The translations under genes were made by a program, and so were the position numbers. DNA of 64,000 nucleotides, taken from Candidatus Bathyarchaeota archaeon (GTDB taxonomy: Archaea; Thermoproteota; Bathyarchaeia; Bathyarchaeales; Bathycorpusculaceae). This document shows, one piece after another, positions 9,090 to 19,010 of the stretch. Positions within the stretch are counted from its first letter, which is position 1. The number at the start of each line of letters is the position of its first letter. The DNA lies in assembly GCA_963827165.1 (NCBI GenBank), contig CAWGZR010000011.1:32001-96000 (forward strand), in the 5' to 3' direction. The notes under the pieces were generated by a model. It was not told where the DNA came from and did not search any database. It saw only the letters and a program-made list of their open reading frames with translations.

Positions 9090-9149
9090 TTTTCTTCCCA
9101 AGCGTTAGTTTATCTGAAAAAATAACAAAAGGTTTGCGGAAGAATTAGT

Positions 9150-9173
9150 TGGGTAACTTAACTTAACAGTATC
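9150..9173 (-). repeat. Right terminal inverted repeat
   Basis: TGGGTAACTTAACTTAACAGTATC. Confidence 0.95.
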
Positions 9174-9182
9174 GGGGTGCCG
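9174..9182 (+). repeat. Right target-site duplication GGGGTGCCG
   Basis: Identical to 4276-4284. Confidence 0.9.
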
Positions 9183-9209
9183 TAAAGGCTTTAAGCAACC
9201 TCTTAAACT

Positions 9210-9224
9210 TATAACAGTGTTATA
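9210..9224. promoter_or_regulatory. Operator-like palindrome TATAACAGTGTTATA upstream of cysK
   Basis: Fourth perfect copy, 14 nt before the cysK ATG. Confidence 0.75.
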
Positions 9225-9238
9225 AGGCAGTGTGTGAC

Positions 9239-10190
9239 ATGAAGATAAACAATAACGTTTTAGAAACGATAGGAAAAACACCACTCGTACGCCTAAATCG
9301 AATGGCCGAAGGCATAGATGCAACCGTCGTCGGCAAACTCGAATCAAGAAACCCGGGCGGAAGCGTTAAAGACCGCATATGCCAAAGCATGATTGCCGAA
9401 GCAGAAAAACAAAGTTTAATCAAACCAGGTACAACAATCGTTGAGCCAACCTCAGGTAACACAGGCATCGGCTTAGCGATGGTCGCAGCCGTAAAAGGCT
9501 ACAAACTAATACTCACTATGCCAGAGACCATGAGCACAGAGCGACGCAACCTGCTCAAAGCATATGGTGCACAGCTTGTTCTCACGCCAGGGCCCGAAGG
9601 TATGGGTGGAGCAATTAAGAAAGCCGATGAAATAGCTGCATTAACACCTAACAGTTTTGTTCCGCAGCAATTCAAAAATTTAGCTAACCCAAAAATTCAC
9701 CGTGAAACTACAGGCCCAGAAATCTGGGAAGATACTGATGGAAAAGTGGACATTCTTAGTGTCGGGTGTTGGCACCGGTGGAACAATAACGGGCGTGGCG
9801 CAGTACATTAAGCCCCTAAAACCAGCCTTCAAAGCCGTGGCTGTCGAACCAGCCGCTTCGCCAGTGCTGAGCGGAGGACAGAAAGGACCGCACAAAATTC
9901 AGGGGATAGGCGCCGGCTTTAAACCCGACGTGTTAAAACTCGATCTGGTGGACGAAATATTCAAAGTAACGGATGACGAGGCTATCAAGACGGCGAGGCA
10001 ACTGGCGCAAAAAGAAGGCTTACTTGTAGGCATATCTTCGGGTGCAGCAGCGTATGCCGCGCTTGAAATCGCGAAGCGACCAGAAAACAAGGGCAAACTC
10101 ATCGTTGCCATTTTGCCAGACACAGGCGAACGCTACCTTAGCACTGTATTGTTCCAAGAGCCAGCAACAAGCGCAACCCCAAACATTTAG
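9239..10190 (+). pseudogene. cysK: Cysteine synthase A with +1 frameshift near 9756
   Basis: [17 protein letters not shown] in frame 1; [27 protein letters not shown] in frame 2; removing one T restores [11 protein letters not shown]. Confidence 0.9.
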
Positions 10191-10249
10191 TTCCCATAGC
10201 AAGTTTTTTTTATATCGCCCTTTTTTAATTATGCAAGTTGGAAAGAAAT

Positions 10250-11308
10250 ATGGCGGCAAAAACTGAAAAATCCCTCCTTAAAAGAACCAGCAAAGCAGAT
10301 CAAAACGCAGAAGCTGATTCGTGGACTCCTGAGCGAATGCTTGATGCACTCATGAGCAAGCAAGCTGAAGTTGAGCAGGATTGGGTGGAGAGGGGGTTGC
10401 CGAAACTTGTGGATGAAATGGTGGTTAACTACGAAAAGTTCGGCGGTATGGACCACCTCACTGGGCGAGATCTTCCTTCTAAAGAAGTGGTTGTCGAAGT
10501 GCTTGAAGATCTGTTCACGATCCTTTTCCCCGGCTATTTGGGCAAAGAAGAAATCACCAAAGCCAACATACGCTACTATCTTGGCACCAAGCTAAACTCG
10601 GTTTATGGCAAACTCACAGGTGAAGTTGAGAAAAGCCTGAAATATATTTGCCGAAAAGCCGGGACGTGCCCTCAGGACGTTTGCCAATCTCGCGCTCACG
10701 TTGTCGTTAAAGAGCTTCTTGAGCAACTTCCTGAAATAAGGTCCATGCTTAGCGGTGATATTCAAGCGGCTTATGCAGGTGACCCAGCGGCTGTGAGTAC
10801 CGATGAAGTTATCTTGAGCTACCCGTGTGTGCTTGCCATTACAACTTATCGCATAGCGCATGTGCTCTACCTTGACGGAGTGCCTTTGATTCCACGAATA
10901 ATGAGCGAGCACATTCACTCATTGACGGGCATCGACATTCATCCAGGTGCAACGATCGGCGAAAACTTCTTCATCGATCATGGCACAGGCGTCGTCATCG
11001 GCGAAACTACCGAAATAGGTGACAACGTAAAACTTTACCAAGGTATAACGTTGGGTGCTCTAAGTTTTCCGAAAGATGAGAAAGGCAACATCATAAAGGG
11101 CAGAAAAAGGCATCCAACGATTGGAAACAACGTCGTCATCTATTCAGGAGCGACAATTCTTGGACCCAACGCCGTAATCGGCAATGACGTAGTGATCGGC
11201 GGCAACGTTTGGATAACGTCGCCCGTTGCTTCAGGAACAACCATAACTATCACAGCTCCAGAACAGAATTACAAAAAAGAAAATCACGACAAAAACACTA
11301 AGACTTGA
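10250..11308 (+). CDS. cysE: Serine O-acetyltransferase (long EpsC-like type)
   Basis: [36 protein letters not shown] hexapeptide region. Confidence 0.92.
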   Translation: MAAKTEKSLLKRTSKADQNAEADSWTPERMLDALMSKQAEVEQDWVERGLPKLVDEMVVNYEKFGGMDHLTGRDLPSKEVVVEVLEDLFTILFPGYLGKEEITKANIRYYLGTKLNSVYGKLTGEVEKSLKYICRKAGTCPQDVCQSRAHVVVKELLEQLPEIRSMLSGDIQAAYAGDPAAVSTDEVILSYPCVLAITTYRIAHVLYLDGVPLIPRIMSEHIHSLTGIDIHPGATIGENFFIDHGTGVVIGETTEIGDNVKLYQGITLGALSFPKDEKGNIIKGRKRHPTIGNNVVIYSGATILGPNAVIGNDVVIGGNVWITSPVASGTTITITAPEQNYKKENHDKNTKT

Positions 11309-11480
11309 GCTCCGGGCTTGGTTCAACCGCCGCTTCCGTGATGATTATTCACGAGTCATCTTGTTTCATATTCTGCTTTCCTATTTTCTATTCAGCAATC
11401 ATTGATCTTCATTGTCTGAAGCGTCTTTTCAAAGGCTTTTTAAGGTATATTTGGTTTAGATTAAATAGAGGTTTTTTCAA

Positions 11481-11746
11481 ATGTCCGAAGATTTTGATCT
11501 TGACGATTTCAACATGATCGATATGAGAGCAAAAAAAAGTTCTTTGAAGCTTTATCGAAATTTGATAAGGGTGAATTAGTGAAAGGGGAATTGATCCATA
11601 AAAGAACGGGGTTAATTCCCGCTGAGGTAAATGATGCAGTTAGGGATTTGGCAAAATCTTTGCACGTGAATATATCGGATGCCTTGAAGAATTTGGCACC
11701 TTATGATTTTTATGCAGTGGAAATCAAAGATTTTGGAGGCAAGTGA
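11481..11746 (+). pseudogene. Small wHTH-like ORF broken at an A8 run (~11531-11538)
   Basis: MSEDFDLDDFNMIDMRAKK, then in the -1 frame KFFEALSK...RTGLIPAEVNDAVRDL...APYDFYAVEI. Confidence 0.35.
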
Positions 11747-11878
11747 TGGAACAATTCGGGTAAACGGTAGACATAGGTAGTTACCCCTTGAAAAAAAGGG
11801 TTTCTTGCTTGATATGCTCATGATTTCGGCTTAAGTAAGCTTATATAAAAGGCTGAGAAAGATTTGAGCGCAGGTTTC

Positions 11879-11954
11879 GCCTAGGTGGCCGAGTCGCATA
11901 AGCAATCGCCTGCAGAGCGATTTTACAAGGGTTCAATTCCCTTCCTAGGCTCCA
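11879..11954 (+). tRNA. tRNA-Cys(GCA) with encoded CCA and atypical D-arm
   Basis: GCCTAGG/CCTAGGC acceptor, ATCGC-CTGCAGA-GCGAT, AAGGG-TTCAATT-CCCTT, U73; TTATATAAAA at 11841-11850. Confidence 0.88.
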
Positions 11955-12076
11955 TCTCATTTTCCTCATGCCTTCTTGGATGGTTACTTCTCTAATTTCC
12001 GTCCCGCAACGTGAAAGGCGAGGTTTTTTTGGTATAGTGTTTATATTACTTTACCTTGATTTATTGAAAACGAAGA

Positions 12077-14575
12077 GTGAAACCGATGCAATCTTGGCCT
12101 AAAGAATACAACTTTCTCGAAATTGAGCGTAAATGGCAGCAGAAATGGGATGAAACGGGCATTTTCCGCTACGACTGGAACGATTCCAAGCGGGTTCCAT
12201 TCAGCATAGATACACCTCCGCCTTATCCGTCGGGCGAGTTGCATATGGGTAACGTCCTGAACTGGACATACTTTGACATGGTTGCCCGTTACAAGCGGAT
12301 GCAGGGGTTTAACGTGCTGTTTCCGCAGGGCTGGGACTGCCACGGTTTAGGCATAGAAATCCAAGTTGAAAAACAAAATAACATTCGCAAAAGGGATTTG
12401 CCTTCTGACAAATTCCGTGACATGTGTATTGCTTTGGTTGAAAAGTACATTGCCCTGATGAAGGAAGGCATCCTCCGGCTGGGTTGCAGCATCGACTGGA
12501 CCACTGAGTATCGAACCATGGACCCCGACTATTGGCGCCGCACCCAACTCAGTTTCATTCTCCTCCACAAGAAAGGTTTCATGTATCAGGGAACGCATCC
12601 CGTGAACTGGTGCCCACACGACGAAACCGCCATAGCCGACGCAGAAGTTGACTACATCAAAAAAGAAGGTACTCTGCATTACATCCGTTTTCAAGTTGCG
12701 GAAACAAAGGATTATCTGATGATTGCGACTTCAAGACCCGAGTTCATACCCGCCTGCGTCGCGATTGAAGTGAACCCAAATGATGAGCGGTACCGCAAGT
12801 ACATCGGCAAAACGGTTATCGTTCCCATAGTAAACCGTTCTGTCACAGTTATTTCTGATGAATGCGTTGACCCTGCTTTCGGTACAGGTGTCGTTATGAT
12901 TTGCACCTACGGCGACAAAGAAGATGTCAAAACCGTACTGAAAAACAAACTTCCCGTTATCACTCTACTCACTGAGAACGGACGCATCACCGAAAACGGC
13001 GGTAAATATGCGGGCTTATACATTAATCAGGCAAGGGTCGCAATCGTCAAAGATCTGACGGATGCTGGTTCGATGGAGAAAACCGAAAAAATTAGCCAGG
13101 AAGTCGGCGTCTGCGACCGATGCAAAGCCCAAGTGGAAATTCTTGAGCGCAAGCAATGGTTTATGGAAACGCGCAAACTTACAGACGCAATTGAAAAAAC
13201 GGCTAACGAAATTATGTGGTACCCTGACTTTATGAAGAACAGGCTTATCGACTGGGCGAAGTCGCTGGATTGGGATTGGGTCATCAGCCGCCAACGAATT
13301 TTTGCAACTCCGATTCCAGTTTGGTTCTGCAAAAACTGCGGGGGACTAATCCTAGCCGACGAGCAGTGGGTGCCCATCGACCCCAAACTTGAGGGTCCAC
13401 GCATCAGCAGCTGCCCAAAATGCGGCGGAAAAGAATTCGTTCCCGAAACCGACGTTTTCGACACATGGATGGATTCTTCGATAACCTGCGCCGTACATGC
13501 TGGTTGGCCCGACCGAGCCGATTGGCGCAGGCTTTTCCCAGCTAGCATTCATCCATCGGGCACAGACATTATTCGAACATGGGCTTACTACCTTATGGTT
13601 AGGCATCTTGCGCTGTTTAACGAAACGCCGTTTAAGAGCGTTCTTATCAACGGGATGGTGCTGGGTCAAGATGGCAGAAAAATGAGCAAATCCCTCAAAA
13701 ACTACATGGCGGCTCCCGAAGCACTCAACAAGTACGGTGCAGACGCTATTCGCCAGTGGGCAGCAGGGGGTGGAGCAACTGGTTCAGACATTCCTTACCG
13801 CGTACAAGACGTTGAATATGGAAGACGATTTTTGGTTAAGCTGTGGAATGCATCAGGGTTCGCAATCAAACTCCTTGCAGATTACCAACCTGACAGCGAG
13901 GCGCCAATGGATCTTCAGCTCTTGGACCGCTGGATGATCAGCCAAACTGAAAACGTAATTAAAAGAGTGACTGAAGCCTACGAAAAATGCCAATTCAACA
14001 TTGCAATGGAAGAAATCCGCAACTTCACTTGGCACATGCTCTGCGACTCCTACTTGGAAGCCGTCAAAGACAGACTCTACAGACCTCAGTCTTCAGGGCA
14101 AGCCCAAAAAGTCGCCGCTCAACACGTACTTTACAATGTATTATACCGTGTACTGCAGCTACTATCACCTGTAGTTCCACACTTAACCGAAGAAATATAC
14201 CAGTGCATTTACGCTGGCGCAATGGGCTTCAGCAGCCTACACGTTTCCCCTTGGCCCCACTGCGACCAGTCAATGATAGACGAGGTAGCAGAAAAGCAAG
14301 GCAACATCATAATGGGATTAATCAGCGAGGTCAGACGGGAAAAAGCAGAAAAACGCATGCCGCTTAACACGCCAATCAAAGTCTTAACAGTTTACGCTGG
14401 CGAAGAATCGGTGACTGAAGCCATCAAAAGCGAGTTAGTGGATATTTGCGGCGCATGCAAGGTGGAAAACCTCAAAGTTTTGCCTTCTGAAGGAGAAGGT
14501 AGAGCGTTGGCGCAGTTCCCCACCGTGCACTTCGCAGCCGAATATGCGCCGCCAGTCGCCAGCCAGAAAACCTAA
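12077..14575 (+). CDS. valS: Valine--tRNA ligase
   Basis: IDTPPPY, HMGN, GTGVVM, DWVISRQ, KMSKS. Confidence 0.95.
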   Translation: MKPMQSWPKEYNFLEIERKWQQKWDETGIFRYDWNDSKRVPFSIDTPPPYPSGELHMGNVLNWTYFDMVARYKRMQGFNVLFPQGWDCHGLGIEIQVEKQNNIRKRDLPSDKFRDMCIALVEKYIALMKEGILRLGCSIDWTTEYRTMDPDYWRRTQLSFILLHKKGFMYQGTHPVNWCPHDETAIADAEVDYIKKEGTLHYIRFQVAETKDYLMIATSRPEFIPACVAIEVNPNDERYRKYIGKTVIVPIVNRSVTVISDECVDPAFGTGVVMICTYGDKEDVKTVLKNKLPVITLLTENGRITENGGKYAGLYINQARVAIVKDLTDAGSMEKTEKISQEVGVCDRCKAQVEILERKQWFMETRKLTDAIEKTANEIMWYPDFMKNRLIDWAKSLDWDWVISRQRIFATPIPVWFCKNCGGLILADEQWVPIDPKLEGPRISSCPKCGGKEFVPETDVFDTWMDSSITCAVHAGWPDRADWRRLFPASIHPSGTDIIRTWAYYLMVRHLALFNETPFKSVLINGMVLGQDGRKMSKSLKNYMAAPEALNKYGADAIRQWAAGGGATGSDIPYRVQDVEYGRRFLVKLWNASGFAIKLLADYQPDSEAPMDLQLLDRWMISQTENVIKRVTEAYEKCQFNIAMEEIRNFTWHMLCDSYLEAVKDRLYRPQSSGQAQKVAAQHVLYNVLYRVLQLLSPVVPHLTEEIYQCIYAGAMGFSSLHVSPWPHCDQSMIDEVAEKQGNIIMGLISEVRREKAEKRMPLNTPIKVLTVYAGEESVTEAIKSELVDICGACKVENLKVLPSEGEGRALAQFPTVHFAAEYAPPVASQKT

Positions 14576-14584
14576 GCTTCTCTC

Positions 14585-15403
14585 TTATTTTTTCATTGTT
14601 CTTGCGGCTTCTTTAAGTTCAAAGGCGGCTGCTTCCAATTCCTTAAGCATGGTGGAAGTGTCTTCTTGGTTTTTTCGGATTATATCGATGAATGCACTTC
14701 CCACTATGACGCCGTTGGCTCCCGCCTCGACGATTCGTTTTACGTGGCGCGGTTTTGAGATTCCGAAACCCACTGCCAGATTGATCTTTCCCGCTGTGAC
14801 AGGGAGAACCCGTTTTACAAGTTGGATTGTTGAATCTTCCACAGATGTTTTGGCACCCGTCACGCCGAAGTGAGAAACAAGGTAGACAAACCCCGAAGAG
14901 CACTGAACTATTTTTTTGAGCCGCTCAGGCGTAGTAGATGGAGCTGCCAGAAAAATCGTGTCCAACCCATAGTCTGAAGCAGCTTTCCGAAAATCGCCTG
15001 CTTCTTCAACTGGTAAATCGGGAACAATGACGCCATCGACCAAGTATTCTTTGGCTAAACCGCAGAACCTATTCAACCCTAACCTGAAAACTGGATTGTA
15101 ATAAGTCATTATCACGATTGGCGTGTCGTGGTTTTCACGTATTTCTTTTGCGATTTGCAACACTTTTTGAGGCGTCGTGCCCGAAGCTAACGCTCTGACG
15201 CTTGCAGCCTGAATTGTCGGTCCATCCACTATCGGGTCAGAAAACGGCAACCCCAACTCCAAAACATCTACGCCTCCTTTAATCAGGGCGCCTGCAATTT
15301 TCGGTGTAAATCCCGGATTTGGGTCACCAGCCATAACGTACCCGACAAGTGCACCGCAGCCGCGTGATCTGGCTTTTTCGAAAGCACCCTTTATGGCGCT
15401 CAT
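14585..15403 (-). CDS. trpA: Tryptophan synthase alpha chain
   Basis: [22 protein letters not shown]. Confidence 0.97.
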   Translation of the reverse strand: MSAIKGAFEKARSRGCGALVGYVMAGDPNPGFTPKIAGALIKGGVDVLELGLPFSDPIVDGPTIQAASVRALASGTTPQKVLQIAKEIRENHDTPIVIMTYYNPVFRLGLNRFCGLAKEYLVDGVIVPDLPVEEAGDFRKAASDYGLDTIFLAAPSTTPERLKKIVQCSSGFVYLVSHFGVTGAKTSVEDSTIQLVKRVLPVTAGKINLAVGFGISKPRHVKRIVEAGANGVIVGSAFIDIIRKNQEDTSTMLKELEAAAFELKEAARTMKK

Positions 15404-16596
15404 ATCTTCTCCCCCAAGTAATCAGCGATTGTTTCGACATCTTTATCTCCACGTCCAGAAAGCGTCACAACAATTGACTGGGTTTTTTTCAGTTTAGCCG
15501 CAAGCTTAATGGCGAAAGCTACGGCGTGCGCTGATTCTAAAGCAGGCAGGATTCCTTCCTCTCTCGATAGGGTCAAGAAAGCCTCCACCGCCTCCTTGTC
15601 AGTTGCCGAGGCGTACTGCGCTCGCTTGATGGTTTTGAGGAAGGAGTGTTCAGGTCCAACACCGGGATAATCTAAACCTGCTGAAACGCTGCTTGTGTTC
15701 TGGATTTGCCCGTTCTGATCCTGCAAAACATAAGTAAGCATACCATGGAATACCCCTTCGGTTCCCGCGCCAAGAGATGCCGCATGTTTGCCGGTTTCTA
15801 AACCTTCACCCGCAGCTTCAACGCCGTAAAGCGCGACGGATTCGTCGTTTTCGAAAGGGTAGAAGGTGCCCATCGCGTTGCTTCCGCCACCGACGCAAGC
15901 GACGAGGGCGTCCGGGAGGCGTTGTTCTTTTTGTTGGAATTGCAGTTTGATTTCCATGCCGATTACGCTTTGGAAATCGCGTACAATCATCGGGTATGGG
16001 TGAGGTCCAACAACGCTGCCGATCAAATAGTATGTGGTTTCGAGGTTGGTTACCCAGTCGCGAAAAGCCTCGTTGATCGAGTCCTTAAGTGTTTTTGACC
16101 CGGCTTTGACGGGATGTACTTCGGCGCCGAGGAGTTTCATGCGGAAAACGTTCAGCCGTTGCCGCTCGCAATCCTCTGTTCCCATGTAAACCTCAGCTTT
16201 CAACCCTAAAGCGGCGCATGCAATCGCCGTTGCCACGCCGTGCTGTCCTGCTCCCGTCTCAGCTATTACACGGCATTTGCCCATCCGCTTGGCGAGTAGC
16301 GCCTGCCCAATTGTATTGTTTATTTTGTGGGCTCCACCATGGGCGAGGTCTTCGCGTTTAAGGTAGATTTTGGCGCCTCCTGATTTGTGAGTCAAGTTTT
16401 CAGCAAGGTAGAGGGGGGTTGGTCTGCCTACGAATTCGAATAGGTAATCATCCAGCTGCTTTTGAAATGCCGAGTCTTTTCTTGCTTCTGTGTAAGCTTC
16501 TTCTAGCTCCTTGATTGCCGCCATTAGAACTTCGGGGACAAAGCGTCCGCCGTATTTGCCATATTTCCCATCGACAGGATAATCGGTTAACTTCAT
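15400..16596 (-). CDS. trpB: Tryptophan synthase beta chain
   Basis: [35 protein letters not shown]. Confidence 0.97.
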   Translation of the reverse strand: MKLTDYPVDGKYGKYGGRFVPEVLMAAIKELEEAYTEARKDSAFQKQLDDYLFEFVGRPTPLYLAENLTHKSGGAKIYLKREDLAHGGAHKINNTIGQALLAKRMGKCRVIAETGAGQHGVATAIACAALGLKAEVYMGTEDCERQRLNVFRMKLLGAEVHPVKAGSKTLKDSINEAFRDWVTNLETTYYLIGSVVGPHPYPMIVRDFQSVIGMEIKLQFQQKEQRLPDALVACVGGGSNAMGTFYPFENDESVALYGVEAAGEGLETGKHAASLGAGTEGVFHGMLTYVLQDQNGQIQNTSSVSAGLDYPGVGPEHSFLKTIKRAQYASATDKEAVEAFLTLSREEGILPALESAHAVAFAIKLAAKLKKTQSIVVTLSGRGDKDVETIADYLGEKI

Positions 16597-17372
16597 TTTG
16601 CTTTCACAAACTCCGTCACTTTTTCTTCAATATTGCCGCTTGACATGATCGATGAGCCGATAAGAAAAGCCCTGGCGCCACTTGCACGCAGGAAATTTAT
16701 GTCAGCAGGCATTTTTATTCCGCTTTCACTTACCACCAGTTTTCCGTTTGAACTGTTTTTCTCCAAAATCTCTTTAGTGACGTTCAAATCCACCTTAAGA
16801 GTTGCTAAGTCACGGTTGTTTATCCCAACCAAATCCGCATCCGTCTTAGTGGCAGACCTGAACTCCTCTTCAGTGTGGGTTTCAAGAAGCACCTCAAGGC
16901 CAAGGGTATGCGCGCCAGCAATCATTTCGGCAAGGGTCTTCTCAGAGTAGCCGCGATCAAAAAGCGTCTTAATAAGCAGGATCGCGTTTGCTCCCATCTT
17001 TGCTGCAGCGTACACCTGTACAGGGCTAAGAATAATGTCTTTCATCAAAAGGGGAATTTGTACGGCTTCTCTCGCAGCGGCGAAAGCATCCAGGCTTCCG
17101 TCGAAATGTTTCGGCTCGGTCAAAATCGACAAAGCAACGGCTCCGCCCCTTTGCATTGCCCCTGCAATTTCAGCCGAGTCAACGTTCTGCCTGATTTTCC
17201 CCGCTGATGGGGAAGCGGTTTTGATTTCCGCAAGGACCGGTACCGCTCGGCATTGTATAATCGCTTCCCGGAGGTTCAGGCCCCTGCTTTCCGCCTGCTT
17301 CGCGCAATCGTAGTATCCATCTTCGATGGTTACTTGCGCGACCCCGGCCAATACATCAAGATAGTCATTCAT
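16593..17372 (-). CDS. trpC: Indole-3-glycerol-phosphate synthase
   Basis: [31 protein letters not shown]. Confidence 0.95.
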   Translation of the reverse strand: MNDYLDVLAGVAQVTIEDGYYDCAKQAESRGLNLREAIIQCRAVPVLAEIKTASPSAGKIRQNVDSAEIAGAMQRGGAVALSILTEPKHFDGSLDAFAAAREAVQIPLLMKDIILSPVQVYAAAKMGANAILLIKTLFDRGYSEKTLAEMIAGAHTLGLEVLLETHTEEEFRSATKTDADLVGINNRDLATLKVDLNVTKEILEKNSSNGKLVVSESGIKMPADINFLRASGARAFLIGSSIMSSGNIEEKVTEFVKAK

Positions 17373-18426
17373 ACATTGCTTCATACTCCTCAAGCTTGGT
17401 TAAGTTCCCGCCTGAAGCTCTTATTAACGCTATAAGTTTTTCGTAGGCTGCCCCGCTGAAGATTGATTTGCGGGCTAGCTCCATGCCGCATAAGAAGTTA
17501 TCTGCTTTGCCGCCTAAAACGATTCCCGCTGCGCTGTTGACTAGTACAAACTCCATTTTCGGGTCATTTGCCGCTATGTTGCCGCTCAAAATTTTGAAGA
17601 GTATTTCCGTGTACTCCTCCGTAGAGGTTGCTTTCAAATCGGTGACACTCGCCTGCTTAACTCCAAAGTCGGTTGGAGACGCTTCGAGCTCGGTGACTTT
17701 GCCATCCTTCAACCATGCAACAGCGGTCTTTCCAACCGTAGAAATTTCATCCAACCCAATCAGTCCGTGGACGACCATTGCTTCATCGCAGCCCAGTCGA
17801 TTCAACGCGTAAGCCATAGTCGAGACCAGTTTAGGGTCGTAAACGCCTAGCAATTGGGCGTTGGCGCCTGCGGGGTTAGTTAATGGCCCGAGAAGGTTAA
17901 AGGCGGTGCGGATGCCGATTTCCCGTCTGGCTTCTGCCGCGTACTTCATAGCTGGATGAAAAGCTGGAGCAAACATGAATCCCACCCCGATCTGCTCTAT
18001 TGTGGCTTTGACCCGCTGAGGCTCTAGATGCAGGTTTAACCCTAGTTTTTCAAGAACGTCGGCGCTTCCGCTTTTGCTGGTCACCGCTCTGTTTCCATGC
18101 TTTGCAACTGGGACGCCTGCGCCCGCGATTACGAAGGCTGCGGCGGTGCTAACGTTGAATGTTTTTATTTTGTCTCCGCCAGTTCCACAGGTGTCCACGA
18201 GTCGACCCTCAATGTGGGGGTGAATTTGGCAGCTTTCCTCACGCATGACAGAAGCAAAAGCGATGAGCTCTTCAACCGCTTCGCCCTTCATCCGCAATGC
18301 GGTTAGGAACGCGGCAGTCTGAGAGTTTGTTGCTTTTCCCGACATGACTTCCCGCATAATTTCGTCTGACTCGAGGCTGGTTAAGCTGTTGCCTTCAATG
18401 AGTTTCTGTATGCCTTCCTGAATCAT
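17365..18426 (-). CDS. trpD: Anthranilate phosphoribosyltransferase
   Basis: DTCGTGGD, KHGNR, SGSAD. Confidence 0.95.
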   Translation of the reverse strand: MIQEGIQKLIEGNSLTSLESDEIMREVMSGKATNSQTAAFLTALRMKGEAVEELIAFASVMREESCQIHPHIEGRLVDTCGTGGDKIKTFNVSTAAAFVIAGAGVPVAKHGNRAVTSKSGSADVLEKLGLNLHLEPQRVKATIEQIGVGFMFAPAFHPAMKYAAEARREIGIRTAFNLLGPLTNPAGANAQLLGVYDPKLVSTMAYALNRLGCDEAMVVHGLIGLDEISTVGKTAVAWLKDGKVTELEASPTDFGVKQASVTDLKATSTEEYTEILFKILSGNIAANDPKMEFVLVNSAAGIVLGGKADNFLCGMELARKSIFSGAAYEKLIALIRASGGNLTKLEEYEAMYE

Positions 18427-19010
18427 CGCCGTGCGCCCTCCAAAAAATTCTTGATGATTAGTTTGCCGTCGTCGCATATGATGGATTCAGGATGGAACTG
18501 TACGCCTTCAATCGGGTACTTGACATGGCGGACCCCCATGATTTCTCCATCTTCGATGCATTCTGCTGAAATTTCGAGGCAATGAGGCAAAGAGTTGCGT
18601 TCTCCAGCCAGGGAATGATACCTGATCCCTGTGAATGGGTTGCGGACTCCTATGAAGATGCCTTTTTGGTCGTGCTTTATGGTGCAGGTTTTCCCGTGCA
18701 TAAGCCGCTTTGCATGAATAACTTTTCCGCCGTAAGCATGAATTATTCCTTGGTGACCAAGACAGACTCCCAAAGTGGGAGTTGTTTGACTCATAGTCTG
18801 AAGGATTCTTGTGCAAACCCCGAAGTACCGTTCGTCCTCGGGTGTACCGGGCCCTGGCGAAATCACTATCCTGTCGGGTTTAAGCTCAATTAACTGTCTC
18901 ATTGTGACTATGTCGTTACGATAAACTATAGGGTCCCCGCCAAGTTCGCCAACGTACTGGACAAGGTTGTAAACGAACGAATCGTAATTGTCAATTACTA
19001 GCACCTTCAC
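18423..19010 (-). CDS. trpG: Anthranilate synthase component II
   Basis: IDNYDSF, GVCLGHQ, QFHPES. Confidence 0.95.
   Translation of the reverse strand: MKVLVIDNYDSFVYNLVQYVGELGGDPIVYRNDIVTMRQLIELKPDRIVISPGPGTPEDERYFGVCTRILQTMSQTTPTLGVCLGHQGIIHAYGGKVIHAKRLMHGKTCTIKHDQKGIFIGVRNPFTGIRYHSLAGERNSLPHCLEISAECIEDGEIMGVRHVKYPIEGVQFHPESIICDDGKLIIKNFLEGARR

Larger units (their letters stand above)
4285..9173. mobile_element. IS6-family transposon with passenger genes, 4889 bp
   Basis: Perfect 24-bp TIRs, 9-bp flanking direct repeat GGGGTGCCG, internal DDE transposase, visibly AT-richer than flanks. Confidence 0.93.
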
